This document shows, piece by piece, positions 31,525 to 41,697 of a DNA stretch of 41,697 bases. Position 1 is the first letter of the stretch. Every line of letters starts with the position of its first letter. The notes under the pieces are model-generated. The model made no database searches. It saw nothing but the letters and a program-made list of their open reading frames with translations, and was not told where the DNA came from. Origin of the DNA: Deltaproteobacteria bacterium RBG_13_61_14 (GTDB lineage Bacteria; RBG-13-61-14); contig MGQK01000094.1 of the NCBI GenBank assembly GCA_001797815.1, positions 1 through 41,697 of the forward strand, given 5' to 3'. Position numbers and translations under genes: made by a program.

Positions 31525-32889
31525 TCATCGCGGAGGAGCTCGCCTGGGTCTAAGCCCCGGCGGAGGCGCTATCATCCTCATCCGTTCCTGCTCATTCCTC
31601 GGGCTGTATTCCACCCGCACTCCTTGGCTGAGCAGAAAAGGAATATCCTGCTCCACCGCCTGATCGCTCAAGGGATTTTCTTGGAGCTTGACCATGTCCC
31701 CTTTGCCCAGCCCGCCCGCCTTGCAGTTTTTCACCAGGCCGGAGATATCGGCGATGTTGTTATCCTCCAAGTCCAGGCTCTTAAGGTTCACCAGACCGGC
31801 CAGGACTGCGGTGTCGGAAATAGTGGTTTGCTCGAGCTCCAGCTGCGTGAGCTGGGTCAAGCCGGCCAGGGGTGAAAAATCTTGGAGGCGGTTGCCGCTC
31901 AAGTCCAGAAAATTCAGCTTGGTCAGCCGGCTCAAAGGGGCAATGGAGGTGATCTGATTGTGGTCCAGGCCGAGCGCGCCCAGGTTCGTAAGCCCGGCCA
32001 GGACCCGGATATCCGAGATTCGATTGTGGCCTAAAGAGAGGCTGGTGAGGTTGGTCATCCGCTTGACAAACGAAATATCCTCGAGGTTGTTATCTATCAG
32101 GAACAGCCATTTCAGGTTAGTCATTCCGGCCAGCGGGCTCAGGTCCTGGATCGAGGTCGAATCAAGGTAGAGATAAGTCAGCTTGGGCAATTCCGCCAGG
32201 GGCGCGATGTCCTGGATCGGATTCTCGTCCAGGCCAAGATAAGTCAGATTGGTTAAGCTCGCCAGAGGGGAGATATCCTGGAGGTTGTTTCGGACCAGAT
32301 TGAGCTCTTCCAGGCGGGTCAGAGTTTTAAGAGCGGCAAGGTCCCTGATCTGGTTGGAGACCAGGCTGAGCTCTTTCAAGTTAATCAGGCCGGCTAGGGG
32401 CGAGAGCTCGCTAATGCGGTTTCCGTAAAGATCCAACTCGGTCAATTGGTGCAGTCCGCGCAGAGGCCGCAGCTCGCTGATCTGGTTTTTGCCCAACTCA
32501 AGTCGGGTCAAGGCCGTGCAGTGCTCGATCCCGGATAGGTCGCTAATCCCCTCGCCTACGCCCTGTAAATAAGTCAAGCTTTTCAGGTCGGACAATCGAA
32601 TCTCCCCCTCGGAGCTCCGGATATATAACCGGACCCTGGCTTCCAGCCCAGAATCAGGGAAGTGGATGATGGGATCTGAAGTATTGCCAGTCAGCATTGG
32701 AACATTCTGGATGCTTGCGCTTGGCTCTTCGAGTCCTTCATCTCTGCGCTGGATTGCCGGAAGACTTGAAATCTGCTTCGATTTTCCTTGATTGGCATCA
32801 GTAGGTGGGGCTTGCTCCTTGCAGGATAGACCTGAGCCAAGGATAAATAACAGCATCAGAGATAATGGCAATCGAAATAATTTATTCAT
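31525..32889 (-). CDS. Internalin-like leucine-rich-repeat lipoprotein
   Basis: Lipobox GLSC at residue 23; about twelve 22-aa LxxLxLxxNxIxDLxPL repeats. Confidence 0.88.
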   Translation of the reverse strand: MNKLFRLPLSLMLLFILGSGLSCKEQAPPTDANQGKSKQISSLPAIQRRDEGLEEPSASIQNVPMLTGNTSDPIIHFPDSGLEARVRLYIRSSEGEIRLSDLKSLTYLQGVGEGISDLSGIEHCTALTRLELGKNQISELRPLRGLHQLTELDLYGNRISELSPLAGLINLKELSLVSNQIRDLAALKTLTRLEELNLVRNNLQDISPLASLTNLTYLGLDENPIQDIAPLAELPKLTYLYLDSTSIQDLSPLAGMTNLKWLFLIDNNLEDISFVKRMTNLTSLSLGHNRISDIRVLAGLTNLGALGLDHNQITSIAPLSRLTKLNFLDLSGNRLQDFSPLAGLTQLTQLELEQTTISDTAVLAGLVNLKSLDLEDNNIADISGLVKNCKAGGLGKGDMVKLQENPLSDQAVEQDIPFLLSQGVRVEYSPRNEQERMRMIAPPPGLRPRRAPPR

Positions 32890-32944
32890 CTATACCATCC
32901 TTTTGAATAAAGTATGCCTATAAGCTATTACTATTCTTATTAAT

Positions 32945-33355
32945 TTAACATTTGATTTTCTTTTCATTGTTCACGGATTTAGGGGAAATAACGCTATGCT
33001 TATTTGCTTTTGATATTTTTCTTGAATATAGATATAACATTATAAGTGATATTATAATTAATAGTGGAGGTAGCATTGCAAAAATTAGTATAAAATCCTC
33101 ATCATTTATCTCAAATAATGTATTAAGCCATATCATAATTATCATAGAGCTTCCAACACCTATTCCCATCGCTAATGAAATATATCGATACGTAGTTTTA
33201 TCTCTTAAACCTGGTCGTAATAATATATTTAGGTTCCATAATATTAAAAATATCATAGTAATTGCAAACGTCCAAAATAACAATAGAATTATCGTATGTT
33301 CGCTTGGAGTTCTGTATGATGACAAAATTGTTTTTAGCATAATAATCTCAATCAT
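32945..33355 (-). CDS. Very AT-rich 3-TM hypothetical membrane protein (immunity-like)
   Basis: Three hydrophobic segments and a basic tail; ATGA overlap with the upstream gene; GC roughly 25% by eye. Confidence 0.6.
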   Translation of the reverse strand: MIEIIMLKTILSSYRTPSEHTIILLLFWTFAITMIFLILWNLNILLRPGLRDKTTYRYISLAMGIGVGSSMIIMIWLNTLFEINDEDFILIFAMLPPLLIIISLIMLYLYSRKISKANKHSVISPKSVNNEKKIKC

Positions 33356-34014
33356 CGTATAATTTCTAAATTACATTGCCTCTCGCCCACATAACCACCA
33401 AAGCCTAAACCAGCAAATGGAATATCCAAGCCAAAACATTTTGATTCGCTGCCAAAATCAAAGCTGGCTCCAGATCCGTATGGACCAAATCCCGCTGCAT
33501 CGCCAACTCCAAAACTTTCTCCTTCTATATCATCAATGCATTTAGAGTCCCAGCAAAATATTCCAGATAAGCCTCCTCCAATATAAACCCCTTTGGGATT
33601 ATCACTTGAACAAGTTACTTTAAAATTATAGCTAGGAAAAGTTTCGGCTGCCACCAGTGTACCCCGTCCCCATAAACCATAGATGGCATCATTTGTCAAT
33701 GATGAAGGATCTGAAGCGCCTTCAAAACTTACTTGACCTCCAATCCATGTTCCAAGCCTGCTATCCGGACAATTCGATGACTTACAGCATCTTCCCAGGT
33801 TGGCCCAATAGCCGGTGGGCCTTGGCAAATTATTGAAGTCGTAGAGGTCAAAAGAGACCTGGCCGTAGCCGGGATCCGGCGCCACGATAAAGATGTATTC
33901 ATCCGGCTCATCTCCTGAGGTAAAAAAGTCCGGATAGACCACGATCTGATCCTTGTCCTGATTTCGCTTCTCCTCATGTTCATAGGTATGCATGCTCGGA
34001 AGCGGCTTCATCAT
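33352..34014 (-). CDS. Hypothetical Cys/Gly-rich protein (possible polymorphic toxin fragment)
   Basis: GGAAGG RBS; GC falls within the gene near 33800; Gly-rich C-terminal half. Confidence 0.6.
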   Translation of the reverse strand: MMKPLPSMHTYEHEEKRNQDKDQIVVYPDFFTSGDEPDEYIFIVAPDPGYGQVSFDLYDFNNLPRPTGYWANLGRCCKSSNCPDSRLGTWIGGQVSFEGASDPSSLTNDAIYGLWGRGTLVAAETFPSYNFKVTCSSDNPKGVYIGGGLSGIFCWDSKCIDDIEGESFGVGDAAGFGPYGSGASFDFGSESKCFGLDIPFAGLGFGGYVGERQCNLEIIR

Positions 34015-34084
34015 ATCCCTTCCATAAGACCCCGGCCCTTTATCCTCGTAAAGCTTTAGCCCTCATCTGACCTCATTTGTTCCT

Positions 34085-34555
34085 TTACAGCGAAACCGGC
34101 CGCTTGGCCAGCGCCAGCTTTTTCAGGTCCGCGATTTTTTGCAGCAGGCGTTTCTGTTTGGCCTTGTCCCGGGCATGGGCCTTGACCTCTTCGGCCAGGC
34201 GCTCGAGCACTTCCGCGTAGGTCACTTTTTTACGGGCCGGCAGGTCCGGGGGCAGGTGGGGGGCATGGTCGCGGGCGGTGTCGGTCAGGGGGAACGCCTC
34301 ATCCAGCTTGCCCGGGTCTTTTGCCAGTTCCAGGCCCGGGTCGCGCAACCGGGCGAAGTGGATCTGGGGGTAAATGGCTTCGGGCGGGTAGGAGGTGGAG
34401 AGGAGGATGTAGCCGTGTTCTTCCAGGTAAAAGAGGTTCTTGAACAGGGTGCGGGCATCCACCGAGATCGCCTCGACCATTTCCTGGAATTTGACCGGCT
34501 TTTTACGCTCGGCCAAAAGCGCGATCACTTTACGGCTGAGTTCGTTATTGGTCAT
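34085..34555 (-). CDS. Hypothetical winged-helix domain protein
   Basis: AGGAGG RBS before ATG 34555; TLFKNLFYLEEHGYI wHTH-like pattern; overlaps the MCP stop codon. Confidence 0.65.
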   Translation of the reverse strand: MTNNELSRKVIALLAERKKPVKFQEMVEAISVDARTLFKNLFYLEEHGYILLSTSYPPEAIYPQIHFARLRDPGLELAKDPGKLDEAFPLTDTARDHAPHLPPDLPARKKVTYAEVLERLAEEVKAHARDKAKQKRLLQKIADLKKLALAKRPVSL

Positions 34556-36812
34556 GACGGTCCTCCTTGGGGCCGGGGGAGAACACGGCGGAAAAAGAAG
34601 GCACAAAGTCCGGTTCCCGCCGCTCCTGGTCTCCGTTCGGCCCCACCATCTGGCCTAGCGTCTCGGCCAGACGGTTGAGTTCGAGGGTGGACGACTCGAT
34701 TTCCCGGGCGCTCTCGACAAAGCTGCGCGCCACCTCGTTGATTTCGGCGATGGTCATGGCCAGGTGTTCGCCGGCCGAGGTCTGCTGGGTGGAAGACAGG
34801 GAGATTTCTTGAGCCGCGGTCGCGGTCTCCTCGGCCAGGGCGGTGAGGCTCTGGAAGGAGTTGCCCACCTGGCCCGCCACCCGGTGGGTGGCATCCACCT
34901 GCTTGGCGCCCTCCTCGGTCACCATGATCGCCCGGTTGGTCGCCTGCTGGAGCAGGGAGATCATGTTCTGGATCTGCCGGATCGAGCCGGCGATCTGCTC
35001 GGCCAGCTCCCGCACCTCGCCGGCGATGATGCTGAAGCGCCGGCCAACCTCGCCGGCCGCCGCCGCCTCGATCGAGGCGTTGAGCGAGATCATGTTGGTC
35101 TTTTCCGAGACCTCCCGGATCAGGTCGAGGATGCTTTCAATCTTGAGGGCGTGCTCCTGCAAGCGGATCATCTCGTCCGCGATCTCCCGCACCCGGGAGT
35201 TGATCCGATCCATGCCCCCGATGATGTTGCCGATGTCCTCTTGCCCCTGCCGGCAGGCGTGCAGGGTCTGGCCGGCCACCCGCTCCACCGACCGGGCGTT
35301 CTCGGAGATGAGCTTCAAGGTGGCCGCGATCTGCTCGGAGGTGCTGCTCACCTGCTGGATGCTGGCCGCCTGCTCGGTGGCGCCGGTGGCCTGGTTGGTG
35401 GCGATATCCACGATCCGCTCGGTGTTGGCGCCCAAGTGGAGGGTGGCCTCGCGCAAAGCCGCGACCAGGCTTTCGGACTCCCTCACCTTGAGCGCCAGCC
35501 GGTCGGCCATGCGGTTGAAGTCGAGGATGAGCAGCCCGATCTCGTCATTGGTGTCAAAGCGCGCGCGGGCGGAGAGGTCGCCCTCCTGGATGGCCCGGGC
35601 CGTGGCCTGCAGCCGGCGCAAGGGGCCGGCCACGTCGCCGATGACCAGATAGGCGAGGAGCACGGTGAAGCCCAGGCAGGAGATAATGAAGACCGCGAGC
35701 AGGCTGGTCGGGTAGTTGAGCAGGAAATGGAAGAGCGAAGGATACTGCGGGAGCGTGCCGGTCCGGGGAAGGAGTTCCACCAGCGCGCCCCAGTTCCGGC
35801 CGTCCGAGTTGGTCCCTGGCAGCAGGCAGTCCAGGGCCCGGCCCTGGAGGCGGGTGAGGTGGTGGTCGGGTTCCAGGACCACCCGGTCCAGCCAGCCGAT
35901 CATCCGGGCGCGGAACGGATGTGTCTGCTCGAAAGCCCGGCGGCCGAGCAGGTAACGCGATTCCAGGAGCCGGGCCGACTCCGCGGGATCGAGGTCCCCG
36001 GCCTGGAGCCGGCCAGCCTCGTCCACCGCAAACAGCCGCACCCGGTAGCCAAAACCGGATTGAACCAGCTCGGGCGGCTGACCCTGGGCCTGGGCGAATT
36101 CGGCCTGGGCCACCTGTTGCCGCGCCTCGGCCAGACCCTGGTCCAAGAGGGCCCAGCGCTGGAAATAATAAAGCTCGAAGGCCATGCAGGCCAGGACGGA
36201 AATGATCAGGTAGGTGAAACTGAAGGCCGTCTTCCTGCGGAAGGTGAGCGGTCGGGCCAACAGGTTCGGGTCATCTTGGGGCAGGTAGGGCTGGAGCAAG
36301 GCATGCACCGGCCGCAGCGTGCGCCGGACCAGGAAGAAATTGAAAATCGAGGTGAGCGAGCCCAGGAAGGCGCCGGCGGCCACAAAGGCCAGGATGTCAA
36401 AGAGGCTGAGGTCCACCCGGAGAAAGCTCCATACGCCCACCCCGGCCGAGCCTGAATACCAGCCGCCGGCCGAGACTACTGAAGCAAAGGAGGCGAACCA
36501 AAAGGCGCGGTGATGAACGGCCACGGCCTCGGTGGGAGAAGGGGGCTGGTTTTGCTTCAACTGGTTGAGGAAGCGATGCACCGGCTGGAAGGACCAGTAG
36601 CCGGCGGCCAGGTCGAGGCCGATCAGGGGCAAAAAGATCAGGATCATGCCGATCAGGCCCTCGACCAACTGGGCCGGGGACAGCCGCAAGGCGGACTGGA
36701 TAAAGACCAGGGCGATGAGGACGCCGATGGCCGAGAGTATCAAGGCGTTAAAGCCCAATCGCGCCATGATCGGCCAAGGCGACAGGGACGCGGTTTCCGG
36801 TTTTGGCTCCAT
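34545..36812 (-). CDS. Methyl-accepting chemotaxis protein (multi-TM, HAMP)
   Basis: HAMP DEIGLL..FNRM; KTNMISLNASIEAAAAGEVGRRFSIIAGEVRELA. Confidence 0.93.
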   Translation of the reverse strand: MEPKPETASLSPWPIMARLGFNALILSAIGVLIALVFIQSALRLSPAQLVEGLIGMILIFLPLIGLDLAAGYWSFQPVHRFLNQLKQNQPPSPTEAVAVHHRAFWFASFASVVSAGGWYSGSAGVGVWSFLRVDLSLFDILAFVAAGAFLGSLTSIFNFFLVRRTLRPVHALLQPYLPQDDPNLLARPLTFRRKTAFSFTYLIISVLACMAFELYYFQRWALLDQGLAEARQQVAQAEFAQAQGQPPELVQSGFGYRVRLFAVDEAGRLQAGDLDPAESARLLESRYLLGRRAFEQTHPFRARMIGWLDRVVLEPDHHLTRLQGRALDCLLPGTNSDGRNWGALVELLPRTGTLPQYPSLFHFLLNYPTSLLAVFIISCLGFTVLLAYLVIGDVAGPLRRLQATARAIQEGDLSARARFDTNDEIGLLILDFNRMADRLALKVRESESLVAALREATLHLGANTERIVDIATNQATGATEQAASIQQVSSTSEQIAATLKLISENARSVERVAGQTLHACRQGQEDIGNIIGGMDRINSRVREIADEMIRLQEHALKIESILDLIREVSEKTNMISLNASIEAAAAGEVGRRFSIIAGEVRELAEQIAGSIRQIQNMISLLQQATNRAIMVTEEGAKQVDATHRVAGQVGNSFQSLTALAEETATAAQEISLSSTQQTSAGEHLAMTIAEINEVARSFVESAREIESSTLELNRLAETLGQMVGPNGDQERREPDFVPSFSAVFSPGPKEDRHDQ

Positions 36813-36875
36813 GATCGCGCCTTATCTTAGCATCCGGATTTTCCAAAAGCAAACCCGTTTGGGGTCAGTGCCTGA

Positions 36876-37005
36876 GGGCCTGTTGCCCAAATTAAATTCA
36901 TGTTTAGCCTTCTTTTTCATCATCGCAAAATCGCGGGGTTACCTCGTAGGGGCGACCGGCCGGTCGCCCCTACGGCCCGCCCAATACGATTTGGGCAACA
37001 GGCCC
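36876..37005. mobile_element. 130-bp MITE with perfect 17-bp terminal inverted repeats and 4-bp target duplication
   Basis: GGGCCTGTTGCCCAAAT ... ATTTGGGCAACAGGCCC, flanked by CTGA at 36872-36875 and 37006-37009. Confidence 0.8.
36945..36974. repeat. GTAG-class REP-like perfect palindrome (30 bp)
   Basis: CGTAGGGGCGACCGG-CCGGTCGCCCCTACG. Confidence 0.85.
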
Positions 37006-37033
37006 CTGACTTATGACTTATCTGTCACTTAAG

Positions 37034-37210
37034 ATTTCACGCCAAGCCGCCAAGACGCAAAGAAATTAAACTGCCGGTCCAAGCCATTACCAAAGGGTTT
37101 GCGGCTTTGCTTCTGGCTGGCCAAGCTCAGGCCGGAACGGGGGAGGGGTCGCCAAGACCAAACCCTAGACGCTAAGAAGCTCTTTTCCCTTTCGCGCCTT
37201 GGCGTGAGAT
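37034..37210. repeat. CGCCAAG-type inverted repeat element
   Basis: ATTTCACGCCAAGCCGCCAAGACGCAAAG ... CTTGGCGTGAGAT, with 12/13 terminal complementarity. Confidence 0.7.
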
Positions 37211-37309
37211 TCTTTCTTAACTGAACAACATTGGGCCCTGACCCCAATCCACCAATCCATTAGGTCGGGCAGGGGGACAGGCATTCCTGCCGGTCAACCT
37301 TTAAATCTT

Positions 37310-37352
37310 CCATTATGCAAATATGTAATGTGTAAAGTGAAGCTTTGACCCC
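37310..37352 (-). repeat. 43-bp inverted repeat, left copy
   Basis: Minus strand GGGGTCAAAGCTTCACTTTACACATTACATATTTGCATAATGG; 39/43 identical to 38871-38913. Confidence 0.9.
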
Positions 37353-37527
37353 GATCCCTTCCCTTCCATACGCATGCCGCCGCTTCACCGTCAGCGAGAC
37401 CGACGACCGGGCCTTCGGCAGTATCCACGGGTTCGGTAAAAACAGAATCAGCCGCCAGAGTTTCTGTGGAAAAACAAAAGACGAATATTGGCATGCACAC
37501 AAACAGACAAATCATTTTCCTGAACAT
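37353..37527 (-). pseudogene. 5' fragment of a secreted type-B carboxylesterase, truncated at the 43-bp repeat
   Basis: GAGGGAGG RBS, signal peptide and PVDTAEGPVVG...VWKG, matching the COesterase N-terminal VxTxxGxVxG...KGIPY pattern; the sequence then runs into the repeat. Confidence 0.65.
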
Positions 37528-37555
37528 TATTTCCTCCCTCTCATTAAAAAACTAA

Positions 37556-38482
37556 TCAATATTTCAATCCCGTGTCGCACAGGATTGTAACCACCATTGG
37601 ATATTTCCCGAACTTTCCGCTGTTCATAAGCTTAACGGAAGCACAAACATTGGCTGCCGCTGAATAACCCACCAGAAGTGATTCCTTCTCGGCAAGAAGG
37701 CTCCTGTATCTAATTGCCTCGTCATCGGTGACAGCAACGGTCTCGTCGCAGAGTTTCGGGTCCCAGTGAGGCGGAACCAGGGAGTATCCTATTCCCTGAA
37801 TGACATGCCTGGGGTCGGTAATTGGTTTGCCCGAAAGCACCTGAGTCCCCTCAGGCTCAACTGCCGCGCAGTAAAGGCCGGCCTTCCGGTTTTTTAAATA
37901 TTTGGATGTCCCCAGAAACGTACCTCCACTTCCTACCGCGGCGACAAAACAGTCCAATTCGTTGCCGACCTCTTCCCAAATCTCAGGCCCCGTGCCCAGT
38001 TCGTGCGCCCTTAAACTGGATTCGTTGTTGAACTGGTCAACGTAAAACGCATCCTTCTCTTTCGAGATCCTGATGGCCTCCTCAGTAGCAACCTCTATGT
38101 CCTTGCCCGTGACCATGCCAGGAGAGCCGTCGACTTGAGATGTAAGCACCACTTCAGCCCCCAACGACTCCAGCATCTTCACCCGCGCCGGAGAGTTGCC
38201 CTTGCTCATCACCGCCACGAAGGGGTTACCGGTGACGTTGCATACAACCGCAAGGCCAGCGCCCATGTTGCCGCTGGTCATCTCCACAACCGGGCGCCCT
38301 TTTACAAGCCTCTTGTCGTCGTAAGCGTCATTGATAATCTGCAGCGCTGCCCGGTCCTTGACCGACCCACCAGGCTGCATGAACTCGCATTTAGCAAGCA
38401 GTTGGCCCGGCCCGGAGTGCAACCTGTCCAGGGTTACAAGCGGCGTGTTGCCGATAAGGTCTATTGCACTTCGTGAAATCAA
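37556..38482 (-). CDS. PLP-dependent cysteine synthase family protein
   Basis: IGNTPLV, PGGSVKDR (PLP Lys), TSGNMG, QFNN, VGSGGT, IQGIG, CDTGLKY; TTG start; GC below host level. Confidence 0.9.
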   Translation of the reverse strand: MISRSAIDLIGNTPLVTLDRLHSGPGQLLAKCEFMQPGGSVKDRAALQIINDAYDDKRLVKGRPVVEMTSGNMGAGLAVVCNVTGNPFVAVMSKGNSPARVKMLESLGAEVVLTSQVDGSPGMVTGKDIEVATEEAIRISKEKDAFYVDQFNNESSLRAHELGTGPEIWEEVGNELDCFVAAVGSGGTFLGTSKYLKNRKAGLYCAAVEPEGTQVLSGKPITDPRHVIQGIGYSLVPPHWDPKLCDETVAVTDDEAIRYRSLLAEKESLLVGYSAAANVCASVKLMNSGKFGKYPMVVTILCDTGLKY

Positions 38483-38870
38483 ATGAATAATCCAGGCTAT
38501 GGGAAACTAAGCAAATTCATTTATTCGCGCTACTGATTTTTACAAATCAAAGGATCTTCAAGATCTCTTTAACTGAGATTATGCAGCAATCCGCGCTCCC
38601 CAACGCTACCAAGCCCCCGGATGCTACAATCCTGCACTATCAGGCCCGCCCAAGCATCCAATATCTCGCTCCTATGACCTATTGACGGGCAAAAACATCA
38701 GCCTCGACCCTTATCAAACACCCTTTAAACATACCAATCCGTAATCCCCCAAGTCAAGCCCCAAAAATATCCTGGAAAATGACGACCAGGCTAACCATAA
38801 CCAAGCACCGCCCGGTAATGATGGTCCAAAGGAAAGGCGGATGTGATGTGAACATGCCACCGGAAATATT

Positions 38871-38913
38871 GGGGTCAAAGCTTTACTTTAAACATTACAC
38901 ATCTGCATAATGG
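38871..38913 (+). repeat. 43-bp inverted repeat, right copy
   Basis: GGGGTCAAAGCTTTACTTTAAACATTACACATCTGCATAATGG. Confidence 0.9.
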
Positions 38914-38986
38914 GCGCATCTCTCCTCCGCGACTGAAGAGCAGTCGCGGCTGCTCCCAAGAAACAGGGCTTATCTTTCCTTCGAGC

Positions 38987-39170
38987 CTTGGTGCCTTAGT
39001 GGTTAAAGACTTTCTCCGCCAAGGACACATAAAAGACACGAAGCTTTACTGGAAACTTTGCCCGCTTCTTTTTCGCGCCCCTTGGTGTTGATTCGTGGAC
39101 AAAAGATTTTTCACCACCAACACACCAAGTCAGAAAGTCCATATAAATACTTTTTATTTAGCTTGGTGCC

Positions 39171-39181
<11 letters not shown>
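38987..39181. repeat. 20-bp direct repeats with intervening CACCAAG/CACGAAG-type motifs
   Basis: CTTGGTGCCTTAGTGGTTAA at 38987-39006 and 39162-39181. Confidence 0.8.

Positions 39182-41697
<2,516 letters not shown>

Noticed and set aside
32952-33362. 136-aa plus-strand ORF
   Set aside because: It is antisense to the minus-strand gene, which is co-oriented with its neighbours and ATGA-coupled to the upstream one.
37310-38913. Tn3-family transposon (the ends start with GGGG)
   Set aside because: The repeats read outward rather than inward, there is no transposase or resolvase, and I saw no 5-bp target duplication.
38927-38949. Intrinsic terminator (CCGCGACTG-AAGAG-CAGTCGCGG)
   Set aside because: The 9-bp stem is good, but there is no U-tract on either strand; its function is left unassigned.

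Overview
This is a ~62% GC chromosomal segment from a diderm, probably deltaproteobacteria-like bacterium (inferred from gene content). Housekeeping genes are acs, gltX, ispF, ispD and smc. Envelope and signalling genes include a truncated GAF-PAS sensor, a POTRA-less Omp85 protein with HEXXH peptidase and TolB-like propeller domains, two paralogous DUF2378-like proteins, an M14 carboxypeptidase, two tandem TMTC-like GT-C/TPR glycosyltransferases, an MFS-porin-acs operon with sigma70 and sigma54 promoters, a PilZ protein and two MCPs. A B12-binding radical SAM enzyme and a truncated GH2 beta-galactosidase end the window. Accessory DNA comprises (i) a HEPN/MNT toxin-antitoxin pair plus an FGE/CLec-fold gene splitting ispD from ispF, (ii) a low-GC three-gene island flanked by 13-bp direct repeats, and (iii) a cysteine-synthase-family gene plus a truncated esterase bracketed by 43-bp inverted repeats. 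The intergenic DNA is unusually rich in small palindromic elements: a 130-bp MITE with a target duplication, several REP-like families, nested elements, heptamer arrays, and one palindrome inside a CDS. I saw no transposase, integrase, reverse transcriptase, CRISPR array, rRNA or tRNA. All family assignments come from motif recognition by eye; no database searches were run.
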